A DNA stretch of 58,236 bases from an uncultured Candidatus Saccharibacteria bacterium (GTDB lineage Bacteria > Patescibacteriota > WWE3 > UBA101185 > UBA10185): the NCBI GenBank assembly GCA_964387275.1, contig CAYLVW010000002.1, forward strand, positions 1-58,236, in the 5' to 3' direction. Of this stretch, positions 27,938-38,191 are shown piece after piece. Numbering within the stretch: position 1 is the first letter of the stretch; each line of letters opens with the position of its first letter. The position numbers were made by a program, and so were the translations under genes. The notes beneath the pieces were generated by a model. It did no database searches and was not told the DNA's origin. It saw nothing but the letters and a program-made list of their open reading frames with translations.

Positions 27938-28897
27938 ATGTACGACAGCACCAACAAAAAAATATCGATGGTTATCCCATGTTACAACGAAGAAGAGGTT
28001 TTACCAAAACTTTTTGAAAGATTATCCAATGCGGCAGAATCTTGGAATAAAGACTGGGAGGTAATCTGTGTTGATGATGGGTCGAAAGACAAAACATGGG
28101 AAATTCTACAAAGTAAGTCAAGTACAGATCCCAGATGGAAGGCAATTGCTTTCTCCAGAAACTTCGGCCATCAAACAGCAATATCATGTGGCTTAGAAAA
28201 CGCTCAAGGAGACGCTGTCATCGTACTAGATGCTGATTTACAAGACCCCCCAGAAGAACTTCATAGATACATCTCTAAATGGGAAGAAGGATATGACGTA
28301 GTTTATGCAGTTAGACAAAAAAGGAAGGAGTCACATCATAAAAGATTCGCTTATTGGTTATTTTATAGAGTACTCTCAAAACTTATCACTTTCGAAATAC
28401 CATTAGATTCAGGGGACTTTTCCATCATGGATAGAAAAGTAGTAAATGTATTAAAAGCAATGCCAGAAAGAAATAGATTTGTAAGGGGATTAAGGGCTTG
28501 GAGTGGTTTTAAACAAATAGGGTTAGCTTATGAAAGACACGAAAGAGCTGCGGGAGAAACAAAATATCCTTTTAAAAAACTTTTAAAACTCGCTTTCGAT
28601 GGAATTTTTTCTTTCTCAACAGTACCACTTACCATTACATCCTATTTTGGTCTACTTATATCGAGCGTTGCTTTGTTTGGAGTTATGTTTACTTTCTTAC
28701 AGAGGCTGTTTGAAAATGAGTTTTCAAAAATAGGAATTGGGCCAGTACCAGGATATGCAACAACCTTAATATCTGTACTTTTCCTAGGTGGAGTACAACT
28801 AATCTCCTTAGGTATTATTGGGCATTATCTATCCAGAATATATGAAGAGGTTAAAGGCAGGCCACAGTGGATAATTAAAGACAAAGTAGGACTATAG
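27938..28897 (+). CDS. Family 2 glycosyltransferase, polyprenol-phosphate sugar transferase-like
   Basis: ISMVIPCYNEE...CVDDGSKDKT...LDADLQDPPE and two C-terminal TM helices. The track start 27899 is TTG, so ATG 27938 is preferred. Confidence 0.85.
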   Translation: MYDSTNKKISMVIPCYNEEEVLPKLFERLSNAAESWNKDWEVICVDDGSKDKTWEILQSKSSTDPRWKAIAFSRNFGHQTAISCGLENAQGDAVIVLDADLQDPPEELHRYISKWEEGYDVVYAVRQKRKESHHKRFAYWLFYRVLSKLITFEIPLDSGDFSIMDRKVVNVLKAMPERNRFVRGLRAWSGFKQIGLAYERHERAAGETKYPFKKLLKLAFDGIFSFSTVPLTITSYFGLLISSVALFGVMFTFLQRLFENEFSKIGIGPVPGYATTLISVLFLGGVQLISLGIIGHYLSRIYEEVKGRPQWIIKDKVGL

Positions 28898-28899
28898 AT

Positions 28900-29862
28900 A
28901 TGCGAGGTATAAGCAGAATAGGAATCGGATTAATTGGAATAGCAATCAGTATTTACTTTGTGTTAAATCTTGAAAAACTATACGATGCCCAGGAACTCCT
29001 ATCAATTTATATAAAAGTAGGCCCATCTACGTTGATTTCCTGCATAATTCTTTATCTAAGTACTTTCATTTTTAGAGCCTACAGGTGGAAACTAATGATA
29101 ACAGGACTTACAAAAACAAGCATAACTACAATAACCCAGGCAATTATCATAGGTTTTGGTGTAAACAATCTCCTCCCAATGAGACTTGGTGAGATTGCAC
29201 GAGCTTGGTTTATTTCTAAAGAAACTAATCTGGCAAAAAGCACGGCACTAACATCTGTGCTTGTGGAGAAAGTGATGGATGCCGCTGTTATAATTTTTTT
29301 TGTAATAATCAGCCTAAGGTATCTGGGTAATACCGACGAAGAGTTTACACGAGCTCTATACTACATAACAATAATTTTTGGGTTTGCTATTGTCAGCATA
29401 ATTACAACAACTTTATTTGACAAAAAAATCTTAAATTATTGGGGCAGATTTTCTCACAAATTTAATAAATCTATACAAAATATTCCAATTAATATTTTAG
29501 GTGCGCTATCTTTTCTAAAATCTCCTAACATTCTATTGATTTTACTGTTAAGTCTTTTTATCTGGGTAATTGAAGGGTTCGTATTCGTGCTGGTACTTAA
29601 TTCAATTTCTGTAAAAAATCCAATATCACTCGGATTTTTAACCCTGGGAACAGTAAATATGAGTATACTAATTCCTTCCGCTCCAGGTTATCTAGGGGTC
29701 TTTCAGGCAGGGGTAATGGCAGGTCTATCATTCCAAAATATAGTAACAAATACAGCTCTTTCAATTGCAATATTTATACATTTGATACAGTATGTTCCAG
29801 TAACTATTCTTACTATCATATTGCTAATTAATAAAGGGGCAAATGCATACAGATATAAATAA
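28900..29862 (+). CDS. UPF0104 / lysylphosphatidylglycerol-synthase-TM-region-like (flippase-like) membrane protein
   Basis: Polytopic protein with the LPMRLGEIARAW motif. 2-nt gap to the upstream GT2. Confidence 0.7.
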   Translation: MRGISRIGIGLIGIAISIYFVLNLEKLYDAQELLSIYIKVGPSTLISCIILYLSTFIFRAYRWKLMITGLTKTSITTITQAIIIGFGVNNLLPMRLGEIARAWFISKETNLAKSTALTSVLVEKVMDAAVIIFFVIISLRYLGNTDEEFTRALYYITIIFGFAIVSIITTTLFDKKILNYWGRFSHKFNKSIQNIPINILGALSFLKSPNILLILLLSLFIWVIEGFVFVLVLNSISVKNPISLGFLTLGTVNMSILIPSAPGYLGVFQAGVMAGLSFQNIVTNTALSIAIFIHLIQYVPVTILTIILLINKGANAYRYK

Positions 29863-31246
29863 ACAAACCTTTGTAATTCTGGGAGGTGGTATAACAGGCT
29901 TAGTAATTGCTTATATATTGGGGAGTAAGGGGCACAAAATAAAAATTATTGAAGCATCAAAAGAAATTGGTGGTTTGCTAAATACTTTTGAAATTGGCGG
30001 AACAAGGTTGGAAACGTTTTATCATCATTTTTTCACTCATGATGCAGAGATGCTGTGGTTAATAAAAGAATTAGGAATAGAAGACAAATTAGTTTTCCAC
30101 AAAACAACCATGGGTATCTACTACGACGACAAAATCCATAACTTCAATTCTCCGGTAGATGCGCTAAAACTCGAAGGACTTAATATTCTAGATAAAATTA
30201 GGTTCGGAATTACATCTTTATATCTGGGGTTGGTAGCAAATTGGGTAAGAAATGAAGATACTAGCATTCTAAATTGGCTGTACAAATATGCAGGTAAAAA
30301 AGTCACGGATGTAATTTGGGCGCCACTACTAAAAGTAAAATTCGGCTCTTTCTACAAAGACATACCAGTGTCTTGGATGGTGGGTAGACTGTCACAGCGA
30401 TTGAAGTCCAGAAAAAAAGGTGTTGAAAAACTTGGTTATATTGATGGGAGCTTAAAAGTTCTGTTAGATGCCCTAAGCACTAAATTAACAGAATTCGGTG
30501 TCGAAATTAAAACAAACTCACCAATAACAAAACTAACAAGCGCAAATAATAAAATCACGGGCATTGTAACCAATTCTGAAGTAATCACTATTAGTAATAC
30601 CGATAAAGTTATTTCGACTATACCTACTAATGTCCTCAGTAAGCTATTAGACACTGTGGACAATGAGTATGCAAGTAAGTTGGCTAAAATAAAATACTTC
30701 GGGGCAAAGTGTGTGATTTTAGAAACTACTACCAAACTAAATGATATATACTGGCTAAACGTAGCAGAAGAGGGCTTTGATTTTGGAGGAGTAATACAAC
30801 AAACAAACCTAATAGACCCATCAAATTACCAAGGACACTACATAACATACCTATCCAGATACTTTAGTTTTGATGAAGAGATAGCTAATCTGAACAAGGA
30901 GGAAGTGTTAAAACTAATGATTCCTCAATTACAAAAAATATTCCCAACATTTGAAACAAAAAATATAGTTAACTCTTATGTTTTTACTACAAATACTGCA
31001 GCAACAGTATGTGATCTCAATTTTTCGGGAAAGGTACCAAATTGCAAAAGCCCTATATCAAATCTATTTGTTTGCTCAATGCCACATATCTACCCAGATG
31101 AAAGAAGCTGTAACAACTCAATACGAATTGCAGCAAACTGCTGTACTACAATGGGTATTTATACTTCCTATATTCCAGTTAATAATTCATTATCAGGGTT
31201 AATTGGATTTGATATAGAGGTAAATGATAAACAATTCAAAAACTAA
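29843..31246 (+). CDS. FAD/NAD(P)-dependent oxidoreductase (amine oxidase / phytoene desaturase-like)
   Basis: Dinucleotide motif ILGGGITGL...IIEASKEIGGL. Confidence 0.75.
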   Translation: MHTDINKQTFVILGGGITGLVIAYILGSKGHKIKIIEASKEIGGLLNTFEIGGTRLETFYHHFFTHDAEMLWLIKELGIEDKLVFHKTTMGIYYDDKIHNFNSPVDALKLEGLNILDKIRFGITSLYLGLVANWVRNEDTSILNWLYKYAGKKVTDVIWAPLLKVKFGSFYKDIPVSWMVGRLSQRLKSRKKGVEKLGYIDGSLKVLLDALSTKLTEFGVEIKTNSPITKLTSANNKITGIVTNSEVITISNTDKVISTIPTNVLSKLLDTVDNEYASKLAKIKYFGAKCVILETTTKLNDIYWLNVAEEGFDFGGVIQQTNLIDPSNYQGHYITYLSRYFSFDEEIANLNKEEVLKLMIPQLQKIFPTFETKNIVNSYVFTTNTAATVCDLNFSGKVPNCKSPISNLFVCSMPHIYPDERSCNNSIRIAANCCTTMGIYTSYIPVNNSLSGLIGFDIEVNDKQFKN

Positions 31247-32495
31247 AAGCTGGATGCAAAGCAAATTGTTACTGTCGTTGGCAGTGGTGCTAATTGTAGT
31301 ACTAAGTATCTCTCTTAAACTAATGGTATCAAGATTGGGTCATAATTTTGACTCTGAATCTTGGATGGAAGTATCTAATGCGATGCAAAAAGGCAGGGTT
31401 GTATACAATACAACTTCAAGATATAACTATGGCCCCATATGGTCCTATATCCTAGGAGGTTTATCTACAATAAACGTACATTTAGACAAATTTAATGTCA
31501 CAGATTTGCACTTTACTGTAGTTGTATTTCTCTCAATAGTGGATGCATTGATTTCACTGTTACTCTATAAAATGTTTGGAAAAATACCTGCCTTACTTTT
31601 TTTGTTAAATCCGGTTGCCATTCTTTTGACAGGCTACCACTCTCAAATCGACAATGTGGCGGTATTAATAGGCTTGTTCTCGTGGTATCTATATCTAAAT
31701 GGAAGGGCAAAATCAAATCTAAAATTTATATACCTTTCAGCACTTATACTGGGAGTGTCGCTATCCATGAAACATATACTCTTTTTGTTCCCTGTATGGA
31801 TGCTATTTTTAGCACCTGTGGGAAAAGAAAATTTTAAGACTAAGCTTGTATATACATTAATTGCTTATGGGGTTTTTACTGCTGGATTTATTATTGAAAT
31901 ATTAAGAGATTACCCCCATAAAACTCAGATAATTTATGGAATTACTGAGTATGTTTTCAAATATAAAAGCTCGTACGGTTTTTCGGTGTTGTTTCAGATT
32001 ATGGATTTAATCTTCCCAATCAAGTTGTTAGACAAGGGATTGAGCTGGTTGCCAATTTTTAAGGGATATACGTTTATTTTCTTTGGACTTTTAATTCTGT
32101 ACGGTTACATTATCATCAACAAGATCGGTTTTAATAAGTTTTTGCTGCCTATTTATTTGTTGGCATTTACTGCTTTCACACCTTCTTTAGCAGACCAATA
32201 TTTTGCGATCATTCTTGTTCCGGTCGCGATTTTTTGGAAAAAAATCGCGACCTTAGTATTCAACATACTTGCCTTCACTTACTTAGCTGTAGGAAATTCG
32301 GCCAACATAACCAACCTATATCCCTATTCTCTAGACCTTGGCATAGGAAATCATATACTAGGTATCTACCCTTGGAACACAATATCAAACCTAATAAACT
32401 ATCAACCACAAGCATGGATACTTATACTGACAGTGCAAATACTTTTTTCCTTCAGAATTAAGAATATTAATGAAATTATTAAAGAAATAAATTAA
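31224..32495 (+). CDS. Polytopic GT-C-like membrane glycosyltransferase candidate (PMT_2/DUF2029-like)
   Basis: About 11 hydrophobic helices. In an operon with the GT2 and overlaps the upstream gene by 23 nt. Confidence 0.45.
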   Translation: MINNSKTKSWMQSKLLLSLAVVLIVVLSISLKLMVSRLGHNFDSESWMEVSNAMQKGRVVYNTTSRYNYGPIWSYILGGLSTINVHLDKFNVTDLHFTVVVFLSIVDALISLLLYKMFGKIPALLFLLNPVAILLTGYHSQIDNVAVLIGLFSWYLYLNGRAKSNLKFIYLSALILGVSLSMKHILFLFPVWMLFLAPVGKENFKTKLVYTLIAYGVFTAGFIIEILRDYPHKTQIIYGITEYVFKYKSSYGFSVLFQIMDLIFPIKLLDKGLSWLPIFKGYTFIFFGLLILYGYIIINKIGFNKFLLPIYLLAFTAFTPSLADQYFAIILVPVAIFWKKIATLVFNILAFTYLAVGNSANITNLYPYSLDLGIGNHILGIYPWNTISNLINYQPQAWILILTVQILFSFRIKNINEIIKEIN

Positions 32496-32497
32496 TT

Positions 32498-32854
32498 ATG
32501 AAAAAAATTAAGTTATTCCTAACTATATTCATTTTTATTTTCTTCATAATCTCGTTGGTGTTGTTTTCAATTGCCTCCTTTTCTGTAAATCCTAAAGAAA
32601 ATATTAAAATTGTGGAAGCGATATACGGGAAAAGCTGTGGAAAAAACGTAAACATAACAAAAAACGCTGGTGAAATATGCAATGGTAAGAAAGAGTGTAG
32701 TTTTGAGATAGTGGCTAAAGACCCAGCACCAGGATGCGCGAAAGATTTCACTTTAAAATGGACCTGCACCAACAAAGCTTGGGTCTACCCAGTATTTTTT
32801 GTAAATATTGAGAAAGAAGCGTCAGGTAAAGTCGCCACAATAAATTGCAACTAA
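32498..32854 (+). CDS. Small exported Cys-rich protein with SUEL/rhamnose-binding-lectin-like pattern
   Basis: Signal/TM sequence, then IVEAIYGKSCG..NITKNAGEICNGKKECSFEIV..DPAPGCAKDFTLKWTC. This matches the A.YG..C...C.GK..C.v....DP.PG..K.L.v.Y.C spacing. Confidence 0.5.
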   Translation: MKKIKLFLTIFIFIFFIISLVLFSIASFSVNPKENIKIVEAIYGKSCGKNVNITKNAGEICNGKKECSFEIVAKDPAPGCAKDFTLKWTCTNKAWVYPVFFVNIEKEASGKVATINCN

Positions 32855-32894
32855 CTCACCAAAGCAAAAAACTTTCTGATACTATTATAGGGGT

Positions 32895-34616
32895 ATGCAC
32901 ATAAACGACTTATTCATAGAACTAAGCATAATTATCGTGGTAGCAACATTGCTCGCAGGTTTTATGAAGCTGATAAAACAACCACTAATAATTGCGTACA
33001 TACTAACAGGATTGGTGGTAGGACCTGGTGTATTGAACTTAGTAAGTGATCCTGAGAATTTAGAAATATTTTCTAAATTCGGTGTGTCCATACTACTTTT
33101 TATAGTCGGAATTGGTCTTAGTCCTAAAGTTATCAAAGAGACGGGTAAAATTGCGGTTATAACAGGTCTAAGTCAAATTTTTATTACAGCGTTATTTGGG
33201 TACGTACTGGCGCTGCTTTTTGGATTTACTAATGTAGAAAGTATTTATATTTCAGTGGCTCTAACTTTCAGCAGTACTATCATAATAATGAAACTGATTT
33301 CTGACAAAAAAGACACAGAAAAGCTATACGCCAGAGTAGCAATAGGGTTCCTACTTGTACAAGACTTAGTTGCAACGGCCATATTGATATTTACATCTAC
33401 TTTAGCAACAGCAGGTAACGGGCCTGTAGTTCTAGCTTTAACAATAATTAGAGGCATAGCAATTGCTGTACTACTAATTGTACTAACCTCAAAGTTATTA
33501 CCAAAAGTAGGTTCATTTTTCGCAAACTCTCAAGAGTTTTTATTTCTGTTCTCAGTAGGTTGGGGCCTTGGGACAGCAGCTCTATTCAAATATATAGGGC
33601 TATCAATAGAAATTGGGGCGTTAATAGCAGGTGTAACACTATCAATGACCCCCTATGCACATGAGATCGGATCTAAGTTAAAACCACTTAGAGATTTTTT
33701 TATTATCCTTTTCTTTATATTTCTAGGATCAACTTTAGAACTTGCAAACATCCCCTCTGTGCTAATCCCTTCAATCGTACTATCAGTTTTCATACTTATC
33801 GGAAATCCAATAATACTAATCTCAATAATGGGACTTCTTGGATATAACAAAAAAACTTCTTTTAATGTAGGGCTTACGGTGGCTCAAATTAGTGAATTTT
33901 CTCTGATTATGATTTTACTTGGAGTGGATTTAGGACACGTTAGAAGTGAGGTAATGTCCCTAATGACATTAGTAGGGCTTACAACTATAGCTGGATCAAC
34001 ATATATGGTTTTGTATTCAGAATCCCTATACCCTATATTTGAAAAATACTTAAGCATTTTCGAAAAAAAGAAAACAATACAGGAAGTCGAACACCACAAC
34101 ACATACGACGTAGTAGTATTTGGGTGTAATAGAGTCGGGTACGATTTCATAAAACTTTTTAAGGATCTTGGTAAAAATTTTGTTGCAGTAGACTTTGATC
34201 CCAATGTTGTAAAACAACTGACAGATTCTGGAGTTAATTGTATATATGGGGATGCAGAAGATGCCGAGTTTCTTGATGAATTAAACCTAACATCAGCAAA
34301 AATGGTGGTATCCACTATACCTGACAGAGAAACAAATCTATTTCTTCTGGAAAAAATAAGATCGGTGGATGCAAATAGCATAGTTATAAATATTTCTTAT
34401 GATTTAAACGAGGCTTTGGAATTATACGAAAAAGGCTCCACTTACGTTATACTTCCCCACTTTATTGGAGGTCAATTTGCCAGTGAATTAGCTCACAAAT
34501 CAAAATTAGAAGTTAAAAAGCTGATGGCAAAAAGAGAAGAGCACATAAACTACCTGGTAGAACGAAAAAATCTTGGCCACAAACACCCTGATTGGAAAAA
34601 TCAAAAAAACATATAA
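32895..34616 (+). CDS. Kef-type cation:proton antiporter (CPA2) with C-terminal RCK/TrkA-N domain
   Basis: About 12 TM helices followed by a Rossmann-like VVVFGCNRVGYDF. Confidence 0.85.
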   Translation: MHINDLFIELSIIIVVATLLAGFMKLIKQPLIIAYILTGLVVGPGVLNLVSDPENLEIFSKFGVSILLFIVGIGLSPKVIKETGKIAVITGLSQIFITALFGYVLALLFGFTNVESIYISVALTFSSTIIIMKLISDKKDTEKLYARVAIGFLLVQDLVATAILIFTSTLATAGNGPVVLALTIIRGIAIAVLLIVLTSKLLPKVGSFFANSQEFLFLFSVGWGLGTAALFKYIGLSIEIGALIAGVTLSMTPYAHEIGSKLKPLRDFFIILFFIFLGSTLELANIPSVLIPSIVLSVFILIGNPIILISIMGLLGYNKKTSFNVGLTVAQISEFSLIMILLGVDLGHVRSEVMSLMTLVGLTTIAGSTYMVLYSESLYPIFEKYLSIFEKKKTIQEVEHHNTYDVVVFGCNRVGYDFIKLFKDLGKNFVAVDFDPNVVKQLTDSGVNCIYGDAEDAEFLDELNLTSAKMVVSTIPDRETNLFLLEKIRSVDANSIVINISYDLNEALELYEKGSTYVILPHFIGGQFASELAHKSKLEVKKLMAKREEHINYLVERKNLGHKHPDWKNQKNI

Positions 34617-34690
34617 AATCAATTGTTTTATAATATAATGGTCGTTAGGAATTTCTAAATAGATCAGTAAATACTATGATAAACATTTCT

Positions 34691-34766
34691 GGGCCTGTAG
34701 CTCACCAGGTAGAGCGCCACATTCGCATTGTGGAGGTAAGCGGTTCGAGCCCGCTCAGGTCCACCA
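34691..34766 (+). tRNA. tRNA-Ala(CGC), CCA encoded
   Basis: Cloverleaf folds by hand. G3:U70 identity pair and anticodon loop TTCGCAT. Confidence 0.9.
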
Positions 34767-34871
34767 AGTCACTTAAGAAATGAAACCAATGCAGCATTCA
34801 TAAGAGGCATGAGTAAAACCTATTAGTTGCTATATATAATGTAGAGATATAAATAAAAGGAAGCCCGAAAA

Positions 34872-36140
34872 ATGAGAAAATCAGAACCAGTAGACAATAG
34901 GATATTAAAATTCCCACGGGGCTTCGTATGGGGTGCTTCTACAGCAAGCCATCAAGTAGAAGGAAATAACAACAACAATTGGAGTTTATGGGAACAGTCT
35001 GATTACAGACTAAAAGATCTAGAAAACCGGGGATTGATACAAAAATACGGAATTGAAAATTATATATCCGGAACATCGTGCAATCATTACAATCTATATA
35101 AAAATGATTTCAAACTGGCAAAACTATTAAATCATAATGCAACACGCATCAGTATTGAATGGTCAAGAATCGAACCTGAAGAAGGGGTCTTTGATGATAA
35201 AGAAATTAAACACTATAAAGATGTCATTAAGTCTATTAGAGAAAACGGAATGGAGCCATTTATTACTATATGGCACTGGACCATACCAGTTTGGTTAGAT
35301 AAAAAAGGAGGTTGGAAGTCCTCTAGAATATCAAAATGCTTTGAAAGGTACACTTCCAAACTGGCACAAACACTAGGACCTGATATAAAGTTTTGGATAA
35401 CACTGAATGAGCCCGAAATATTTTCAGGTAATTCTTATTTAGAAGGAATTTGGCCTCCACAAGAAAAAAACCTAATAAGTTATCTCTTGGTACTAAATAA
35501 TTTAATTCATGCCCACAGACTAGCGTATAAAGTAATCAAAAAGTCATTTCCAAAAAGCAAAGTAGGTTTAGCAAAAAATAACATTTATTTTGAAGCCTAT
35601 AAAAATAAGTTCAAAAATAAGGTGATAAAAACTTTTATAGATTGGTGGTGGAATAAATTTATACTAGACAATACTGCAAATTATCTGGATTTCATAGGAC
35701 TAAATCATTACTTCCATAATAAAATTAACGATTGGCTGGGCAAAAATGACAATATAGTAACCTCTGACATGGGTTGGGAGTTATACCCGGAGGGAATTTA
35801 CCATGCTCTTTGTGACCTAAAAGGTTATAACAAACCTGTATATATAACTGAAAATGGCCTGGCAGACTCAAGAGATGAAAAACGAACATGGTATATCCAC
35901 AAAATTCTAGTAAATGTTCACAAAGCTATTAAATCCGGCGTCAATGTCAAGGGATATCTACATTGGTCTCTTATGGATAATTTTGAATGGGATAGCGGTT
36001 ACTGGCCACAATTCGGTTTAATAGAAGTTGATCAAAAAACCAAAATCAGAACTATAAGAAAATCTGCTAAATATTACGCGGAAATCTGCAAAACTAACAG
36101 AATAGATCCACTGACTTATAATAAGTTTTCTAATTCTTAG
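34872..36140 (+). CDS. Glycoside hydrolase family 1 (beta-glucosidase-like)
   Basis: FPRGFVWGASTASHQVEG, acid/base motif TLNEP and nucleophile motif ITENG. Confidence 0.9.
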   Translation: MRKSEPVDNRILKFPRGFVWGASTASHQVEGNNNNNWSLWEQSDYRLKDLENRGLIQKYGIENYISGTSCNHYNLYKNDFKLAKLLNHNATRISIEWSRIEPEEGVFDDKEIKHYKDVIKSIRENGMEPFITIWHWTIPVWLDKKGGWKSSRISKCFERYTSKLAQTLGPDIKFWITLNEPEIFSGNSYLEGIWPPQEKNLISYLLVLNNLIHAHRLAYKVIKKSFPKSKVGLAKNNIYFEAYKNKFKNKVIKTFIDWWWNKFILDNTANYLDFIGLNHYFHNKINDWLGKNDNIVTSDMGWELYPEGIYHALCDLKGYNKPVYITENGLADSRDEKRTWYIHKILVNVHKAIKSGVNVKGYLHWSLMDNFEWDSGYWPQFGLIEVDQKTKIRTIRKSAKYYAEICKTNRIDPLTYNKFSNS

Positions 36141-36507
36141 AAATACCTATAACTGTAGAAGTATCATCAGCAGAAATTCCATCACAAATTACTGCAGTAC
36201 CAGTAATAATAATCAAAATTACAGATCCCTTAACTTTCTCCCTTTCTATTGTTTGATAATCAAACTCTGCAGCAATAACAGCATTAGCACCAAGGGTTTC
36301 AGCCTGTTGAGTCATTGAAGACAGAGCCCTTTCCTTAGCTATCTTAAATTCCTCTTCGTATGCTCCAGATCTGCCGCCAATGACATCCCCCAAACTTATA
36401 GAAAAATCCTTAAACAGATTCTCCCCAAGAGCAGCACTACCACTAACAGTACCAAGATACTGTAATATCTTCTTACCTTCGATGTTTGGGGTGGTTAATA
36501 CCAACAT
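36130..36507 (-). CDS. YbjQ/UPF0145 family protein
   Basis: 125 aa with GGRSGAYE and NAVI..FDY motifs. Confidence 0.75.
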   Translation of the reverse strand: MLVLTTPNIEGKKILQYLGTVSGSAALGENLFKDFSISLGDVIGGRSGAYEEEFKIAKERALSSMTQQAETLGANAVIAAEFDYQTIEREKVKGSVILIIITGTAVICDGISADDTSTVIGISKN

Positions 36508-36528
36508 ATCTTATCTAGTATTACACAG

Positions 36529-37677
36529 CTAATTTTGTTTTTCTACTAACAATAAATAAGTTACTACTAAACAAAAAAATGCCCCAATATAATAGGATTT
36601 AGTAATATAAAACATTGGTGTCACTATAAGTGTGAGAGAATAATAAAAATGTCTCTGTAAATAAAATTTTTTCCAATCAACTACAGAAAATAACAAAGAA
36701 ACAGAAATAATTATAGGAAGTAAATCTGGAACCTTTGTGTGGAGATTCAATAACAACGCAGCCAATACTGTATGGCTGAGTGTTAATTTAGTTAAACCTT
36801 TCTTATATAACCCTATTAAAGAACAAACAAGTAAAAATATCTGTAGCGCATAGGTACTAAACCTAGATAGATCATAACCAAGCCACACATCAGTTAATTT
36901 ATTGAAAGAAAAAATATTAAAACTTTGGTACTTTTCCTCTTGAACTAAAGAAAGTTCCCTACCATAGAAAGTAAATTTTAAGTAATCGTTATATACATCA
37001 AAACCATACATCCAATAATTAATAAAAACTAAAGACAGTATTGTGACAGCTGCAGAAATTATAAATGGTGTTTTCTTTTTGGTGAGTACTAAGGAAAATG
37101 GCACTAGTAAAAGATGCTGAGGTTTTAAAAAAAGTAATCCGGAGAGAACACCAGCCAACCAGGGATTCTTCCACAAGTTAACAATAATTAGAACATACAA
37201 AAAAAAGATGAAGACTGATAACTGATTTTGAAAAAAAGCCAAAAAAATAACTATGAAAATATTAAAAACAAAAGTGTAAGCAAAGTTTAGCTCTAAATCT
37301 CTATATAGAATATATAAAGATATCAGAAACAGAGCCGTGTTAATTAGTAGTAAAACCTTATAGTATGTGGAATAATCAAGAACACTTAGAGGTGCAAATA
37401 AAAGTATAGATACCGGGGTATTAATAAAAAGTAAGGTGTCTCTGCCATCATTAAAATAATTTTGTTGGGTATCTGTCTGAAAATCAGTATTGTAGATCTG
37501 CTTAATGTTACCCGCAATCAATGTCCTTGATGCAAGGTAGTACACCTTCGCGTCACTCTCGTACATATAAGATTCTACGTTCACAAATATATATGCACAA
37601 ATAACAAAGATGTTTAAAACAAAAACTACACCTAATAAAAATATACTTGGTCTTATTGTTTTAATCTTTTCAAGCAT
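36529..37677 (-). CDS. Polytopic membrane protein, GT-C/DUF2029-like glycosyltransferase candidate
   Basis: About 10 hydrophobic helices, with an FLKPQH loop motif. Confidence 0.4.
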   Translation of the reverse strand: MLEKIKTIRPSIFLLGVVFVLNIFVICAYIFVNVESYMYESDAKVYYLASRTLIAGNIKQIYNTDFQTDTQQNYFNDGRDTLLFINTPVSILLFAPLSVLDYSTYYKVLLLINTALFLISLYILYRDLELNFAYTFVFNIFIVIFLAFFQNQLSVFIFFLYVLIIVNLWKNPWLAGVLSGLLFLKPQHLLLVPFSLVLTKKKTPFIISAAVTILSLVFINYWMYGFDVYNDYLKFTFYGRELSLVQEEKYQSFNIFSFNKLTDVWLGYDLSRFSTYALQIFLLVCSLIGLYKKGLTKLTLSHTVLAALLLNLHTKVPDLLPIIISVSLLFSVVDWKKFYLQRHFYYSLTLIVTPMFYITKSYYIGAFFCLVVTYLLLVEKQN

Positions 37678-37699
37678 CTAGATAAATATGGTAAATGAT

Positions 37700-37790
37700 T
37701 GGCGGAGGGAAGGGGATTCGAACCCCTGTGCCACTTACGTGACGCTTAGTTTTCGAGACTAGCCCGGTGTGACCACTTCGGTATCCCTCC
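37700..37790 (-). tRNA. tRNA-Ser(CGA), CCA encoded
   Basis: The reverse complement folds with acceptor GGAGGGA/TCCCTCC, anticodon loop CTCGAAA and a long variable arm. Confidence 0.85.
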
Positions 37791-37907
37791 GCAGGTATAT
37801 TACCATATTTTATTTCTAACAAATCAGTAAAAACTGAAAAAAATAATATGACCTGATATAATGCACATTGCTGGATACGAAAAATATTTTGCGTGTTTTA
37901 AAAACTT

Positions 37908-37998
37908 GGAGGGATCGCATAGTTGGTCTAGTGCGCAGACCTGGAAAGTCTGTTGGGGAGTGATCCCCTCGCGGGTTCGAATCCCGCTCCCTCCGCCA
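37908..37998 (+). tRNA. tRNA-Ser(GGA), CCA encoded
   Basis: Acceptor GGAGGGA/TCCCTCC, anticodon loop CTGGAAA and a long variable arm GGGGAGTGATCCCC. Confidence 0.9.
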
Positions 37999-38191
37999 TG
38001 AATTTGTAATATGAAAGCACTGAATAGTTAGCCAACTTGAACAAAGTGAGACTTACTTTGAATTCTGAAAAATATCCTGCACCTTCCACCAAAATTCCAA
38101 AATATCTTCAGTTAACTGTACTGATAGTTTCTTTGGTTATACTTGTATCAATCCGTTAAATTAGAAGTTTTTGTTTTATAGCCGAACTCAG

